Translations under genes and position numbers: made by a program | Assembly: GCA_030648265.1 (NCBI GenBank) | Contig: JAUSHX010000013.1 | Span: 3,030-67,029, forward strand | Direction of reading: 5' to 3' | Length of the DNA: 64,000 nucleotides | Source of the DNA: a bacterium | GTDB lineage: Bacteria > Patescibacteriota > Minisyncoccia > Phycocordibacterales > UBA2100 | Notes under the pieces: generated by a model | Seen by the model: the letters and a program-made list of their open reading frames with translations, nothing else | Told to the model about the DNA's origin: nothing | The model's database searches: none | Shown here: positions 54,149-63,366 of the stretch, piece by piece | How the letters are laid out: every line of letters starts with the position of its first letter | Numbering within the stretch: position 1 is the stretch's first letter

Positions 54149-54309
54149 GTTAGATTTTGTTATGAGCGAAGCGAGTTAGAAAATCTTACACCCAGCACCT
54201 TTTGCGATAATAATGCTTTGGGTCGCAGGATGATACTGTTTAGCGGCAATTTGAGCAATGAAGTTCACAGTGCTTAAAAGGTGCTGGGTCAAAATTGTGA
54301 TATTGGTAT
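54149..54309 (-). repeat. Family-1 element, copy 14 (loop related to copies 11 and 12)
   Basis: Loop TTTTGCGATAATAATGCTTTGGGTCGCAGGATGATACTGTTTAGCGGCAATTTGAGCAATGAAGTTCACAGTGCTTAAAA. Confidence 0.85.
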
Positions 54310-54675
54310 TCATGATTTTTTTGCCACAATTTTGGCTTTTGCAGGCTTTACCTTTGATTGTCCAAGCTCAATTTTGATAATGCTGTATGTTTTGCGCAAA
54401 GTACCGGAGCGGCCGCGGCCGAACGGGCGCGCTCGGCGCGCAACTGCCCCTTTGTCAACACTCACGTGCCTCACGAAGAGCCCCTCGGGAGAAATTCCGG
54501 AATTCCGCGAGTTCGCAACGGCCGACTCCAAAAGCTTGCTGAACGCCTCAGAAGATTTCTGCATCAAAAATGAGAGCGCCACGCGCGCCTGCGGAACCGT
54601 CTTCCCGCGTATCAAATCCGCGACAAGGCGAACCTTCCTCGGCGACTGATGATAGTTTGTGAGCAGTGCTTTCAT
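54310..54675 (-). CDS. rplV: 50S ribosomal protein L22
   Basis: QSPRKVRLVADLIRGK. Confidence 0.9.
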   Translation of the reverse strand: MKALLTNYHQSPRKVRLVADLIRGKTVPQARVALSFLMQKSSEAFSKLLESAVANSRNSGISPEGLFVRHVSVDKGAVARRARPFGRGRSGTLRKTYSIIKIELGQSKVKPAKAKIVAKKS

Positions 54676-54861
54676 ATCTTAGATTTAGTTAGTGAGCGAA
54701 GCGAGCTTAGTAAATCTTAGATCCAGCACTAATTTTGAGCTCCAGCATGTTTTGCTAATACGTTCTGGTCGTGGTTGGTTTCGATAGTTTTGCATATATT
54801 TATGAAGTTTCAAAATTGGTGCTGGATAAGTAAAATATAGTCGCTTCGCTCGTTATTTTAC
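54676..54861 (-). repeat. Family-1 element, copy 15, with stem ATCCAGCACTAATTTTGA / TCAAAATTGGTGCTGGAT (covarying version of copy 5)
   Basis: Arms and loop about 80% identical to copy 5, with paired substitutions in the stem. Confidence 0.85.
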
Positions 54862-55209
54862 TTATTTCTTCGCTTTCGCGGTGTCCGCTGTAGTTTTCGC
54901 AGCTTGGGCAGTGGCAATCTCGGCGGCTTTGGCCGCAGTTTCAATTTCCTTCTGCATCTTGCCTCCGTGTCTGATGAATTTCGTGGTTGGAGCGAATTCT
55001 CCCAAACGGTGTCCTACCATATCTTCTGTCACAAATACGTCATCAAAACTCTTGCCCGTGTGGACCGCAAACGTGTAGCCGACAAATTCAGGCGCGATCT
55101 GCGACCGGCGCGCCCACGTCTTAATAGACCCCTGGCCGCTTTTTCGGCTGGAGACTTTTTTCGCGAGTTTGACGTCAACGAATGGACCTTTTTTTAGTGA
55201 ACGTGTCAT
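54862..55209 (-). CDS. rpsS: 30S ribosomal protein S19 (with Ala/Lys-rich C-terminal tail)
   Basis: SLKKGPFVD...TFAVHTGK. Confidence 0.9.
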   Translation of the reverse strand: MTRSLKKGPFVDVKLAKKVSSRKSGQGSIKTWARRSQIAPEFVGYTFAVHTGKSFDDVFVTEDMVGHRLGEFAPTTKFIRHGGKMQKEIETAAKAAEIATAQAAKTTADTAKAKK

Positions 55210-55400
55210 GTTAGAGGTTTGTTATGAGCGAAGCGAATTAGAAACTCTTACACCCAGCACCATTTTGATATCCGTATCATCATTTGCCATTTTGAGATTC
55301 TGCTGAGACCGTCTCAACAAAGCACTGCATTTGAGAGTAAGTCGCAGGATACCAAAATGGTGCTGGGTTGTGAAAATCATTGTCGCCTCGCTTCGCTACG
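55210..55400 (-). repeat. Family-1 element, copy 16 (its arm next to the stem is near-identical to the arm of the GIY-YIG copy)
   Basis: GGTGCTGGGTTGTGAAAATCATTGTCGCCTCGCTTCGCTACGGCTCCTTGATTTTC compared with copy 9 GGTGCTGGGTTACGAAAATCATAGTCGCCTCGCTTCGCTACGGCTTCTTGATTTTC. Confidence 0.85.
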
Positions 55401-55492
55401 GCTCCTTGATTTTCTACAAAATCCCGCGGCGGCGGGATTGGCACAATGTATAGGAAATTAGGCACTTAGTCAAATTTAGCCTGATATTTCCT

Positions 55493-56341
55493 CTACTTGC
55501 GTTTGCCAACTCTGCGTCTGGTAACCAAAAATACGTTGGAATACTTCTTCGGACGACGGGATTTCTGACCCTTTCCGGTCGGTTTGCCCCACATTGAACG
55601 CGCTCTGCGGTGTCCGCGGCCCTGGCGCCCCTCGCCTCCGCCGTGCGGGTGGTCCACCGGGTTCATCGCAGTACCCCGGACAGTCGGTCTCACTCCCATC
55701 CAGCGTGTACGGCCCGCTTTTCCGATATTCACAAGACGGTGTTCCTCGTTGGAGACTTCTCCGACAGAAGCCCATGCCGTGCCGATGACGCGACGGACTT
55801 CCGTTGACGGCATTTTCAAATGCGTATAGCCGGCGTCCTGAGCGACGATTTCGCAATAATTTCCGGCGGAGCGTGCGAGGCGCGCGCCGTTCCCCGGTTT
55901 CAGCTCTATGTTGTACACGAACGTTCCCACCGGCAAATTGCCGAGCGGCAAACGGTTCCCCAGAGTTACCGGCGCAGTCTCGGAAACAACGAACGTATCG
56001 CCCACCTTCACTTTTTGCGGAAGCACGACGTAGCGCTTCTCGCCGTCTGCATACACGGCAAGGCCGATGAATCCGGAACGGAACGGGTCGTATTCTATTG
56101 ACGCGATTCTTGCCGAAATATTCTTTTTGTCATAGATGAAATCTACCATGCGATAGTTGCGCTTGTGGCCGCCTCCCTTGTGGCGTGTAGTTATGCGACC
56201 CTGATTATTGCGCCCCACTCCGCGCTTGTATCCGCCGACAAGCGATTTCGTCGGCTTGTGGCCGGAAAGAAGTTCCCGATAGTTGAGGCGTGTCATTCCG
56301 CGCGCCCCCGGCGACGTTGGTTTGTATATTTTTAGTGTCAT
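55493..56341 (-). CDS. rplB: 50S ribosomal protein L2
   Basis: GRNNQGRITTRHKGGGHKR and the C-terminal GTAMNPVDHPHGGGEG. Confidence 0.95.
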   Translation of the reverse strand: MTLKIYKPTSPGARGMTRLNYRELLSGHKPTKSLVGGYKRGVGRNNQGRITTRHKGGGHKRNYRMVDFIYDKKNISARIASIEYDPFRSGFIGLAVYADGEKRYVVLPQKVKVGDTFVVSETAPVTLGNRLPLGNLPVGTFVYNIELKPGNGARLARSAGNYCEIVAQDAGYTHLKMPSTEVRRVIGTAWASVGEVSNEEHRLVNIGKAGRTRWMGVRPTVRGTAMNPVDHPHGGGEGRQGRGHRRARSMWGKPTGKGQKSRRPKKYSNVFLVTRRRVGKRK

Positions 56342-56460
56342 GTTAGTTTTTCTTAACGAGTAATCGAGTTTAGAAACAACTTACACCCAGCACCTTTGTT
56401 TCATTGAGAAACGAAGGTGCTGGGTCATGAAACTGTAATTCGCTTTGCTCATAATAATTT
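56342..56460 (-). repeat. Family-1 element, copy 17
   Basis: ACCCAGCACCTTTGTTTCATTGAGAAACGAAGGTGCTGGGT core. Confidence 0.9.
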
Positions 56461-56835
56461 CTATGAAAGGTTAATCGTTTCCCCTTTCTTGAGGTACACG
56501 TAGGCTTTCTTTCCACCGCCCTTCACGCCGAGCTTTCCCGTTCGGGCACTGCGCTTTCGCTTGCTCGGTACCGTAACGATGTGCACTTTGCGCGGAGTGA
56601 CCGTGTAAATTGCCCGCACCGCTTGTGCGATTTGCTGTTTGTTCGCATCCAAGGCAACGTCAAAAACATAGACGCCCTGCGCGCTGTGCCATGTAGACTT
56701 CTCCGTAATGCGGGGTTTTACGATAACGTGAGAAAGTCCGAGACTTTCACGCGCTTCGCTAACTGGTGCGGACTTAGGATTAGCGACCGCTACCGGCTTT
56801 TTCTCCGTCTTCTTTGTTTTGCTGAATAGAGCCAT
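56461..56835 (-). CDS. rplW: 50S ribosomal protein L23 (with N-terminal extension)
   Basis: VIVKPRITEKS...YVFDV...AVRAIY. Confidence 0.85.
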   Translation of the reverse strand: MALFSKTKKTEKKPVAVANPKSAPVSEARESLGLSHVIVKPRITEKSTWHSAQGVYVFDVALDANKQQIAQAVRAIYTVTPRKVHIVTVPSKRKRSARTGKLGVKGGGKKAYVYLKKGETINLS

Positions 56836-56883
56836 ATAAATCAGGGTTTAGGTTTTAGGGTATAGGTTATAGATAAATTCAAA

Positions 56884-57627
56884 TTAATTCTTCTTGGATG
56901 CACGGGACTGAATGATTGCAACGGACGCTTCAGGGTTTTCAATGACGATATACGCGTTACCGAGAACAGAAACCGGATTGATATTCCTGACGCTCACACA
57001 CTCAACACTGCCGATGTTGCGGAAACTCTTGGCGGTTGCGGGAGACAGGTCGGCAAATGCAATGAGCGCGGCATTCTTTTTCTTATTAGCGAGTCTTTCA
57101 AATCCAACAATCCCGGAAAGCGTGACGAGTGTTTGCCTGGCGGCCGCCGTCTTTGGAACGTTCAGCCCGAATGAATTGACAAAAAGGATTTCGCCGTCCC
57201 TGAACTTGCGCGAGAGTGCGGCAAAAAGCGCCTTTGCACGCATCTTTTTCGGAATTTCGCGCGCATACACTTTCTCTTTCAAGGGACCGTGCGTCACGCC
57301 TCCGCCTTTCCATATCGGAGAGCGTATGGAGCCGTGACGGGCGCGGCCGGTACCTTTCTGCTGCCATGGCTTTCGCCCGCCTCCGCGCACCTCGCCGCGA
57401 CTTTTTGTGTGCGCAATGATATTCCGCGCATTGGCCTGCATGGTCGTCACCACCTGGTGCATGAGTGCATCGTTCCACTTCACGCTAAAAACATTTTCCG
57501 GAAGTTCCAGAGTTCCCGTTTTCTTTCCCTGCGCGTCATAAATATCCGCTTGCATGCTGCGAGGAACAACCGCGTTGTTTTTCGGAGTCTTGGGTTCCTT
57601 TTTCAGTTTTATTATTTTTGTTGCCAT
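56884..57627 (-). CDS. rplD: 50S ribosomal protein L4
   Basis: GGGRKPWQQKGTGRAR. Confidence 0.9.
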   Translation of the reverse strand: MATKIIKLKKEPKTPKNNAVVPRSMQADIYDAQGKKTGTLELPENVFSVKWNDALMHQVVTTMQANARNIIAHTKSRGEVRGGGRKPWQQKGTGRARHGSIRSPIWKGGGVTHGPLKEKVYAREIPKKMRAKALFAALSRKFRDGEILFVNSFGLNVPKTAAARQTLVTLSGIVGFERLANKKKNAALIAFADLSPATAKSFRNIGSVECVSVRNINPVSVLGNAYIVIENPEASVAIIQSRASKKN

Positions 57628-57650
57628 AAATCTTTGCTTGATATGAAAAA

Positions 57651-58319
57651 TTATCCGCGGATTTCAACGAGTGTCCCCGGCTTCCCCGGAACCGCGCCGC
57701 CGATAAGAAGCGTATTCGTCGCCACGTCAATCTGAAGCACGCGAAGATTTTTCACCGTAATGCGGTCCCCTCCCATTCGGCCGGCCATGCGCATGCCTTT
57801 TGCAACTCGCCCTCCGGCGCGTCCGCCGCCGCCGATTGAGCCAGGCGAGCGTTCCTTGTTCTTTTGTCCGTGGCTTCTTGGACCACCGTGAAAGCCGTGC
57901 CGTTTAACAACGCCTTGAAAACCTTTTCCTTTTGATATCGCAGACACGGTAACGAGGTCGCCCTCTCTAAATACGGAAACATCTATGACCTTTCCGCGCT
58001 CAAGTCCGCCATCCGTGGGAAATTCACGCAAATTCCGGAAAAGCCCCAGGTATTTTCCGCCAGAGGCGCCCGCCTGCCCGGCCGGCAGGGATCCGCCTTC
58101 GGCGGAGAAATGTCCAAGTTGCGGTTTTGCAATATTCTTTTCTTTTTTGGTGCCAAAACCGACTTGCACCGCGGTGTAGCCGTCTTTTTCCTTGGTCTTA
58201 ACCTGCGTTACTGTAAGAGGGCCCGCAGTAATTATTGTGGCGGGAAAGATGACGCCCTTGTCATCAAAGACCTGGGTCATTCTTCCTTTCGTGCCGAGCA
58301 TAAACTTGTTAGATTTCAT
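57651..58319 (-). CDS. rplC: 50S ribosomal protein L3
   Basis: GTKGRMTQVFDDKG...GKGFQGVVKRHGF. Confidence 0.9.
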   Translation of the reverse strand: MKSNKFMLGTKGRMTQVFDDKGVIFPATIITAGPLTVTQVKTKEKDGYTAVQVGFGTKKEKNIAKPQLGHFSAEGGSLPAGQAGASGGKYLGLFRNLREFPTDGGLERGKVIDVSVFREGDLVTVSAISKGKGFQGVVKRHGFHGGPRSHGQKNKERSPGSIGGGGRAGGRVAKGMRMAGRMGGDRITVKNLRVLQIDVATNTLLIGGAVPGKPGTLVEIRG

Positions 58320-58500
58320 TGTGAACGCAGTGAACTAGGAAATCTTACACCCAGCACCATTTTTGCATCCCTACGATTCGTATTACTTCCCGATTTGGTT
58401 GAGACTGGCTCAACAAAGTCAGACACTTTTCACGCTAGAACGGATACAAAAATGGTGCTGGGTCGTGAGAATTATAGTCGCGCACTGCTCGCTCCTTAAT
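58320..58500 (-). repeat. Family-1 element, copy 18 (loop related to copy 16)
   Basis: ACCCAGCACCATTTTTGCATCC...TTGAGACTGGCTCAACAAAG...CAAAAATGGTGCTGGGT. Confidence 0.8.
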
Positions 58501-58707
58501 TCCCTACGAAAAAATCGCGCAACGGCAAATCGCTTGCGCGAGATACCATTGGTCCCTCCCCAATTACGGGGCGTGCCCCAGAATTGGGGAGGGACGTAGC
58601 GTTGGGGAAGTATACATACAGGCTCCCAAAATGCAAATATATGCTACCCGAGTTCAATGTAGAAGTGCACAGCCAAGTACACTCATGTTTTGTCGTGAGT
58701 AAACACT

Positions 58708-58741
58708 GTACCGATTCTGCGCGACCGCGTATAATCGGTAC
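58708..58741. promoter_or_regulatory. Palindrome GTACCGATTCTGCGCGACCGCGTATAATCGGTAC at the 3' side of PaaX-like paralog 3 (contains TATAAT and GATTC/AATC half-sites)
   Basis: Near-copy of 59347-59380. Lies about 400 bp upstream of rplC. Confidence 0.7.
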
Positions 58742-58779
58742 GGGACGTCTCTTCCAATACATCCTCTCAAATATAATAA

Positions 58780-59346
58780 TCACGATAGTCCGAATCGTTT
58801 TTTGAGCGGGATGTCACCCTCGATGGTGTCAACAATCATATAGAGAACATCTCTCCCGACGTGAAAATCGGCCTTAATCATAGTAATAAGGTCTTCGCAA
58901 TCATATGGATACACCCATACGCTGTCTTGAAGTCGCACGAAGCCGATATCTTGAAGTATGTGCCGTAATTTGTCTCGCAATCCCTTGCGATATTCTGGAA
59001 TATCAAAAACTAACACGCGCCACTTGCGGTCCCAATGCCGTGGCTTGTCTTCGGAATAATCGCGCGCCCGAAGTATACGGAGTGCGCACTCGCCTTTTGC
59101 GGTGAGCCGCAACTTTTTGCCTTCCCACGCGAGAAGCCCTGCTCGCGCAAGCCTGTCGCAAGAACGTTCCACGACATTTTTCTGCCGCGGCGACCGTATG
59201 ATTCCTAGTTTTGCCATAGCCCCGACAACGTTTGGAGCGACAATAAATACGCTCACGAGTCCGGCAAACTTGACCGAATCAAGGATAATCCTCTTGAGTT
59301 CATTTTTACGCGTTCGTCTTTCGCTTTCCGCTTCCTTAATCCCCAT
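58780..59346 (-). CDS. Membrane-anchored wHTH + PaaX_C/Cas2-like domain protein, paralog 3
   Basis: TM helix FAGLVSVFIVAPNVV; wHTH RLARAGLLAWEGKKLRLTAKGE; HWDRKWRVLVFDIPEYRKGLRDKLRHILQDIGFVRLQDSVWVYPYDCEDL. Confidence 0.6.
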   Translation of the reverse strand: MGIKEAESERRTRKNELKRIILDSVKFAGLVSVFIVAPNVVGAMAKLGIIRSPRQKNVVERSCDRLARAGLLAWEGKKLRLTAKGECALRILRARDYSEDKPRHWDRKWRVLVFDIPEYRKGLRDKLRHILQDIGFVRLQDSVWVYPYDCEDLITMIKADFHVGRDVLYMIVDTIEGDIPLKKRFGLS

Positions 59347-59383
59347 GTACTGATTCTACGCGACCGCGTAGAATCAGTACATG
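59344..59383. promoter_or_regulatory. Perfect palindrome CATGTACTGATTCTACGCGACCGCGTAGAATCAGTACATG overlapping the start codon of paralog 3
   Basis: TGATTC-N18-GAATCA half-sites resemble a PaaX operator. TAGAAT lies 6 nt upstream of the ATG on the coding strand. Confidence 0.75.
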
Positions 59384-59468
59384 TTTCGGAGTGTACAACC
59401 ATTGTGGACAGCCACGAGCAATGCTCGTTACTGCGTGTGTCGAGTTTCTCTTCTTATTTCTCTATCAC

Positions 59469-60416
59469 CTACAATTCCTCAAAAATCGGAATGATGTTGA
59501 CTGTCTGTATTTCCGAGAGCGTGGCCGGAGTAACGCCGGCGTAAGCCGCGCACGTGAGTGTGTACGTGGTCTGGCCCGTTATCGCGCTGGATGTTTGGCC
59601 GCTAGCTCCGGACGACAATCCTGTCCATGAATCGCCGTTCGTACCGGTAACCGTGCACGATGTCACATTGCTCACCTCCCAATGAACCTGCGTGGTGTCT
59701 CCGCTTGACAGAAGCGACGGCAAAAGCTGGAGATGGCCGGTAAATCCAACAGATGAAATAAAGGACGGCTGCGGGTATAGGCACGCGCTTGAACCGGAGG
59801 AGCAGAATGCCGGCGCAGTGCAGGTTGCATATGTAGTGGTCTGGCAGAAAGAATCCGTGTATAGAATGGTTTGCGTTCCGGAGCAGGAGTATACAGGCGT
59901 ACAGCTCGGACCGCTCGCCAGCGAGAAATCCAGCCAGCCGACAACATCGCTTCCCCACGCATATCCGGAAAGCGTCCCGTTAACGTCTTGAGTGACCCCG
60001 TATCCTGAACCGCTTAAACTAATCCAACCGTCCCACCCACCGCCATAAGAGAGTGCTCGGAGCCATCCCGTGAGCGCGTTGCCGTTAAATTTGGCCCTGC
60101 AAGGATTAGCGGGACAGCCCGAAAGCTCCGACTCATTCGCGGTAATCCAACCGATGTTGTCGCTCCATGCGTAGCCGGAAAGTTTCCCGTTGGTATCCAT
60201 GGTGAGCCCGTAGTTGGAGCCGCTTAATGAGACCCATCCGATGTTGTCGCTCCATGCGTAACCCGAAAGATTGGACGTGTCGGCGAATGCAAAGTTCTTA
60301 TTCTTCAAAGAGCCGGCAGAGTTCAGAAAGAATAGCAAAACTGCCAGTCCGGCAAGCAATATAATAATCTGCTTAAAACGAAGTCTTTCTACTATTCCCT
60401 TGCCAGTGAATGCCAT
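59469..60416 (-). CDS. Secreted repeat protein (GYAWSDNIGW[IV]SL.G..YG.T.D.NG.LSGYAW repeats) with Cys-rich C-terminal region
   Basis: Signal/anchor helix, three or more copies of the 35-aa repeat, and a Ser/Thr-rich tail. Confidence 0.5.
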   Translation of the reverse strand: MAFTGKGIVERLRFKQIIILLAGLAVLLFFLNSAGSLKNKNFAFADTSNLSGYAWSDNIGWVSLSGSNYGLTMDTNGKLSGYAWSDNIGWITANESELSGCPANPCRAKFNGNALTGWLRALSYGGGWDGWISLSGSGYGVTQDVNGTLSGYAWGSDVVGWLDFSLASGPSCTPVYSCSGTQTILYTDSFCQTTTYATCTAPAFCSSGSSACLYPQPSFISSVGFTGHLQLLPSLLSSGDTTQVHWEVSNVTSCTVTGTNGDSWTGLSSGASGQTSSAITGQTTYTLTCAAYAGVTPATLSEIQTVNIIPIFEEL

Positions 60417-60425
60417 ACCTCTTTA

Positions 60426-60767
60426 TTATTTCTTTAATGATTCCAGCAGTTTTATTTTTTCCGCATCCTGTGCTGGTGTCGCGTTGTTTTTCGGAGAACT
60501 GGCTGCATTGTTCAATATCTTCTCTTTCGCACTGTCGCTAACGGTACTTGCCGGAGCGTTTGTCGATGACGTTAGACTGTTGAGCGCATTTATTTTTTGC
60601 TCATCTGTCGTTGTAATCGCAGGAAGTCTATTAGTGTTTTCACTGCCGACCACATTGGCGTCTTTGCCGACAGTGGCCCTAGCTGTGAAATACGACATAT
60701 ACACGACGTACCCCGCAACCGCCACGGCAATCACTCCCGCAACAATCAACAAAGGTTTATTACTCAT
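60426..60767 (-). CDS. Small membrane-anchored Ser/Thr/Ala-rich protein
   Basis: One N-terminal TM helix and a low-complexity tail. Confidence 0.35.
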   Translation of the reverse strand: MSNKPLLIVAGVIAVAVAGYVVYMSYFTARATVGKDANVVGSENTNRLPAITTTDEQKINALNSLTSSTNAPASTVSDSAKEKILNNAASSPKNNATPAQDAEKIKLLESLKK

Positions 60768-60846
60768 AGCAAAAGTATCTTTAATGATAGCACCTTATTC
60801 AGTATTGTACCGCGAAAGTTGAGACAATGCTGTCACTATTCACAAA

Positions 60847-61488
<642 letters not shown>

Positions 61489-61566
61489 GGAATTATTGTA
61501 ACACTTTTATTTTTGCGAAAAACTTCGCGGTGCGTGAAAATCTGCTGATCATGGTATAATGCACAT

Positions 61567-61959
61567 ATGTTGAGCGATTCTCTCTACGATTTCATATCAG
61601 GGCGCAAGCATCTCATCTGGTATGTCAAGGATTACCGCGCGCTCAACGAGGAAGCGGTCGTGGAAGCGACACTTAACTATGGTAATTGGGACGATGTTCA
61701 GAAATTGATTAGAATCCTCGGTATGGAGAAAGTCGCGCAGATATTCCGCAAGCAAATGGTGACGGGGAGACAGCGTGGAAATTACTATCCTGAGACTGCG
61801 CATTATTTCACGCTCTATTTCAATAAATATGTGCCACTATCCGCTCGTTCAAGAAAACTTATTGAAAAGCAAAGAATAAGTTTGTCGCCAAATATTAAGT
61901 CAAGTGGGTTTTCCCTCCGCTCCTTTCACAAAGAAAGTAATCCGCAAGCCAGAATTTGA
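61567..61959 (+). CDS. Hypothetical protein (130 aa)
   Basis: ORF only. Its 3' end abuts the first copy of the repeat that flanks the toxin-antitoxin module. Confidence 0.3.
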   Translation: MLSDSLYDFISGRKHLIWYVKDYRALNEEAVVEATLNYGNWDDVQKLIRILGMEKVAQIFRKQMVTGRQRGNYYPETAHYFTLYFNKYVPLSARSRKLIEKQRISLSPNIKSSGFSLRSFHKESNPQARI

Positions 61960-62011
61960 AGCGCCCGATGAGGAAATAAAGCGCGCGCTTACGGAATATG
62001 GTCTCTCGTAG
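61905..62011 (+). repeat. Direct repeat, copy 1 (gene-3-prime-end-like: ...PDEEIKRALTEYGLS*), flanking the Phd/MazF module
   Basis: TTTTCCCT...GCGCCCGATGAGGAAATAAAGCGCGCGCTTACGGAATATGGTCTCTCGTAG is about 85% identical to 62686-62788. Confidence 0.65.
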
Positions 62012-62080
62012 TCATGAAAAGAAATCTCATCCATTCTTCCATAGTCGCTAGTCTCCGAGATGGAAATTCATTGACAAATC

Positions 62081-62356
62081 TTGTACATTTTGTACAATTC
62101 CCATATGAGAACAATTACAACGACAGAGGCGCGTAGAAACCTCGGAACGCTCATTGACATGGTGCGCGACACGGGTGATGTGGTTTTGATTGGCCGGCGG
62201 GACAATATGGAGGCGATTCTGATGAAATACCCGAGAGATTACAACCGGGAGTTGAATGATATTACAAATATAAACACTCTGTCTCAAAGCTTTGATTTTT
62301 TGAGCGAGGAAGCGGATATATATTCGGAAGCCGATTTAAAAAAGAAATATGCCTAA
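62081..62356 (+). CDS. Phd/YefM-family antitoxin (likely start at the internal Met, MRTITTTEARRNLG)
   Basis: TTTEARRNLGTLIDMVRDTGDVVLIGRRD. Overlaps the downstream toxin gene by 8 nt. Confidence 0.6.
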   Translation: MYILYNSHMRTITTTEARRNLGTLIDMVRDTGDVVLIGRRDNMEAILMKYPRDYNRELNDITNINTLSQSFDFLSEEADIYSEADLKKKYA

Positions 62357-62678
62357 GAAGGGAACGATTGTTTTGGTCCCGTTTCCATTTACCGATTTAT
62401 CTGGAGTCAAAGTTCGTCCGGCTATTGTAATATCAACTGTAGCGATGGGGAAAGATGTTGTTGTCGTTTTCATTTCATCCAAGAAGGAGGTTAAAATTCG
62501 GAAATGTGATTTGGCAGTTTCCCCAAGCTCGGCAAATGGCCTTAAAGTAGATTCGGTGGTTAAATGCGGGAAAATAGCAACGCTTGAAAAAAGAATCATT
62601 CTTGGGGAGCTTGGAACTTTGGAATCTTCTGTAATGATAGAGGTAGATAAAAAACTTAAGCTCGTTTTGGGCGTATAG
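62349..62678 (+). CDS. MazF/PemK-family toxin (endoribonuclease fold)
   Basis: KGTIVLVPFPFTDLSGVKVRPAIVIS...LGELGTLESSVMIEVDKKLKLVLG. Confidence 0.65.
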   Translation: MPKKGTIVLVPFPFTDLSGVKVRPAIVISTVAMGKDVVVVFISSKKEVKIRKCDLAVSPSSANGLKVDSVVKCGKIATLEKRIILGELGTLESSVMIEVDKKLKLVLGV

Positions 62679-62685
62679 TATTTTC

Positions 62686-62788
62686 CCTTCTTTGATATCA
62701 AGTTGGCCAGGCAGATAGTGTTGCCGGGGTCTGAAGTGCCCGATGAAGAAATAAAGCGCGCGCTTACGGAATATAGTCTTTCATAAAG
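62686..62788 (+). repeat. Direct repeat, copy 2, flanking the Phd/MazF module
   Basis: ...GTGCCCGATGAAGAAATAAAGCGCGCGCTTACGGAATATAGTCTTTCATAA. Confidence 0.65.
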
Positions 62789-62848
62789 GTTCCTCGGGGC
62801 AAGCGCCGAGGAGCACATCGGATTTTGTTGCTGTCCTTCTTGTTGAAA

Positions 62849-63358
62849 TTACTTAGGCACCGGCGGGACGCCCAATGCTTTGGACGGGACCGATATATTG
62901 ATTGATACAGCCGTTAACGCTCCTCCGCCATACACCGGCTCTTTGGTTTGAATAGATACTAGTCCACCAACGACCAATGTACCGCCAGATACGACAGTGT
63001 CTTTAGTAATAGTGGCGGTCAAGTTTCTAACTGAAGCAGGTAGGGTCTGCGACTTCTTGAAATCAAATGTATCAAGGGCGGAGAGATTGACGAGACTGGT
63101 CTTTATCACTACTTCACTCGCGGTTGAAGAAACGACAGTGCCGGAAATAGTTCTGGTCGCGAGAAGACTGTCTTTGATGGCCTGCGCCTGATTGAAGGCC
63201 GGTTGATTTTGCGATGCTACCTCTTTCTCACTTGAAGTTTTGCTTATTTGTCCGTTTCTAATCTGACTAATCTCCTGTTGTTGCCAGACAACAAAAAGGG
63301 CGAGTGCGATGATGGCGAGAGAGAAAACGACGGTGCTTTTTTGTATGTTGTTTTCCAT
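62849..63358 (-). CDS. Hypothetical membrane-anchored protein (169 aa)
   Basis: N-terminal TM helix; Ser/Thr/Val-rich. Confidence 0.35.
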   Translation of the reverse strand: MENNIQKSTVVFSLAIIALALFVVWQQQEISQIRNGQISKTSSEKEVASQNQPAFNQAQAIKDSLLATRTISGTVVSSTASEVVIKTSLVNLSALDTFDFKKSQTLPASVRNLTATITKDTVVSGGTLVVGGLVSIQTKEPVYGGGALTAVSINISVPSKALGVPPVPK

Positions 63359-63366
63359 AATAATTT

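Noticed and set aside
45028-58500. Possibility that the regularly recurring ACCCAGCACC/GGTGCTGGGT units are a CRISPR array.
   Set aside because: The units are inverted, not direct, repeats. They are separated by whole genes rather than 30-40-nt spacers. They sit precisely in intercistronic gaps, and no cas genes are adjacent.
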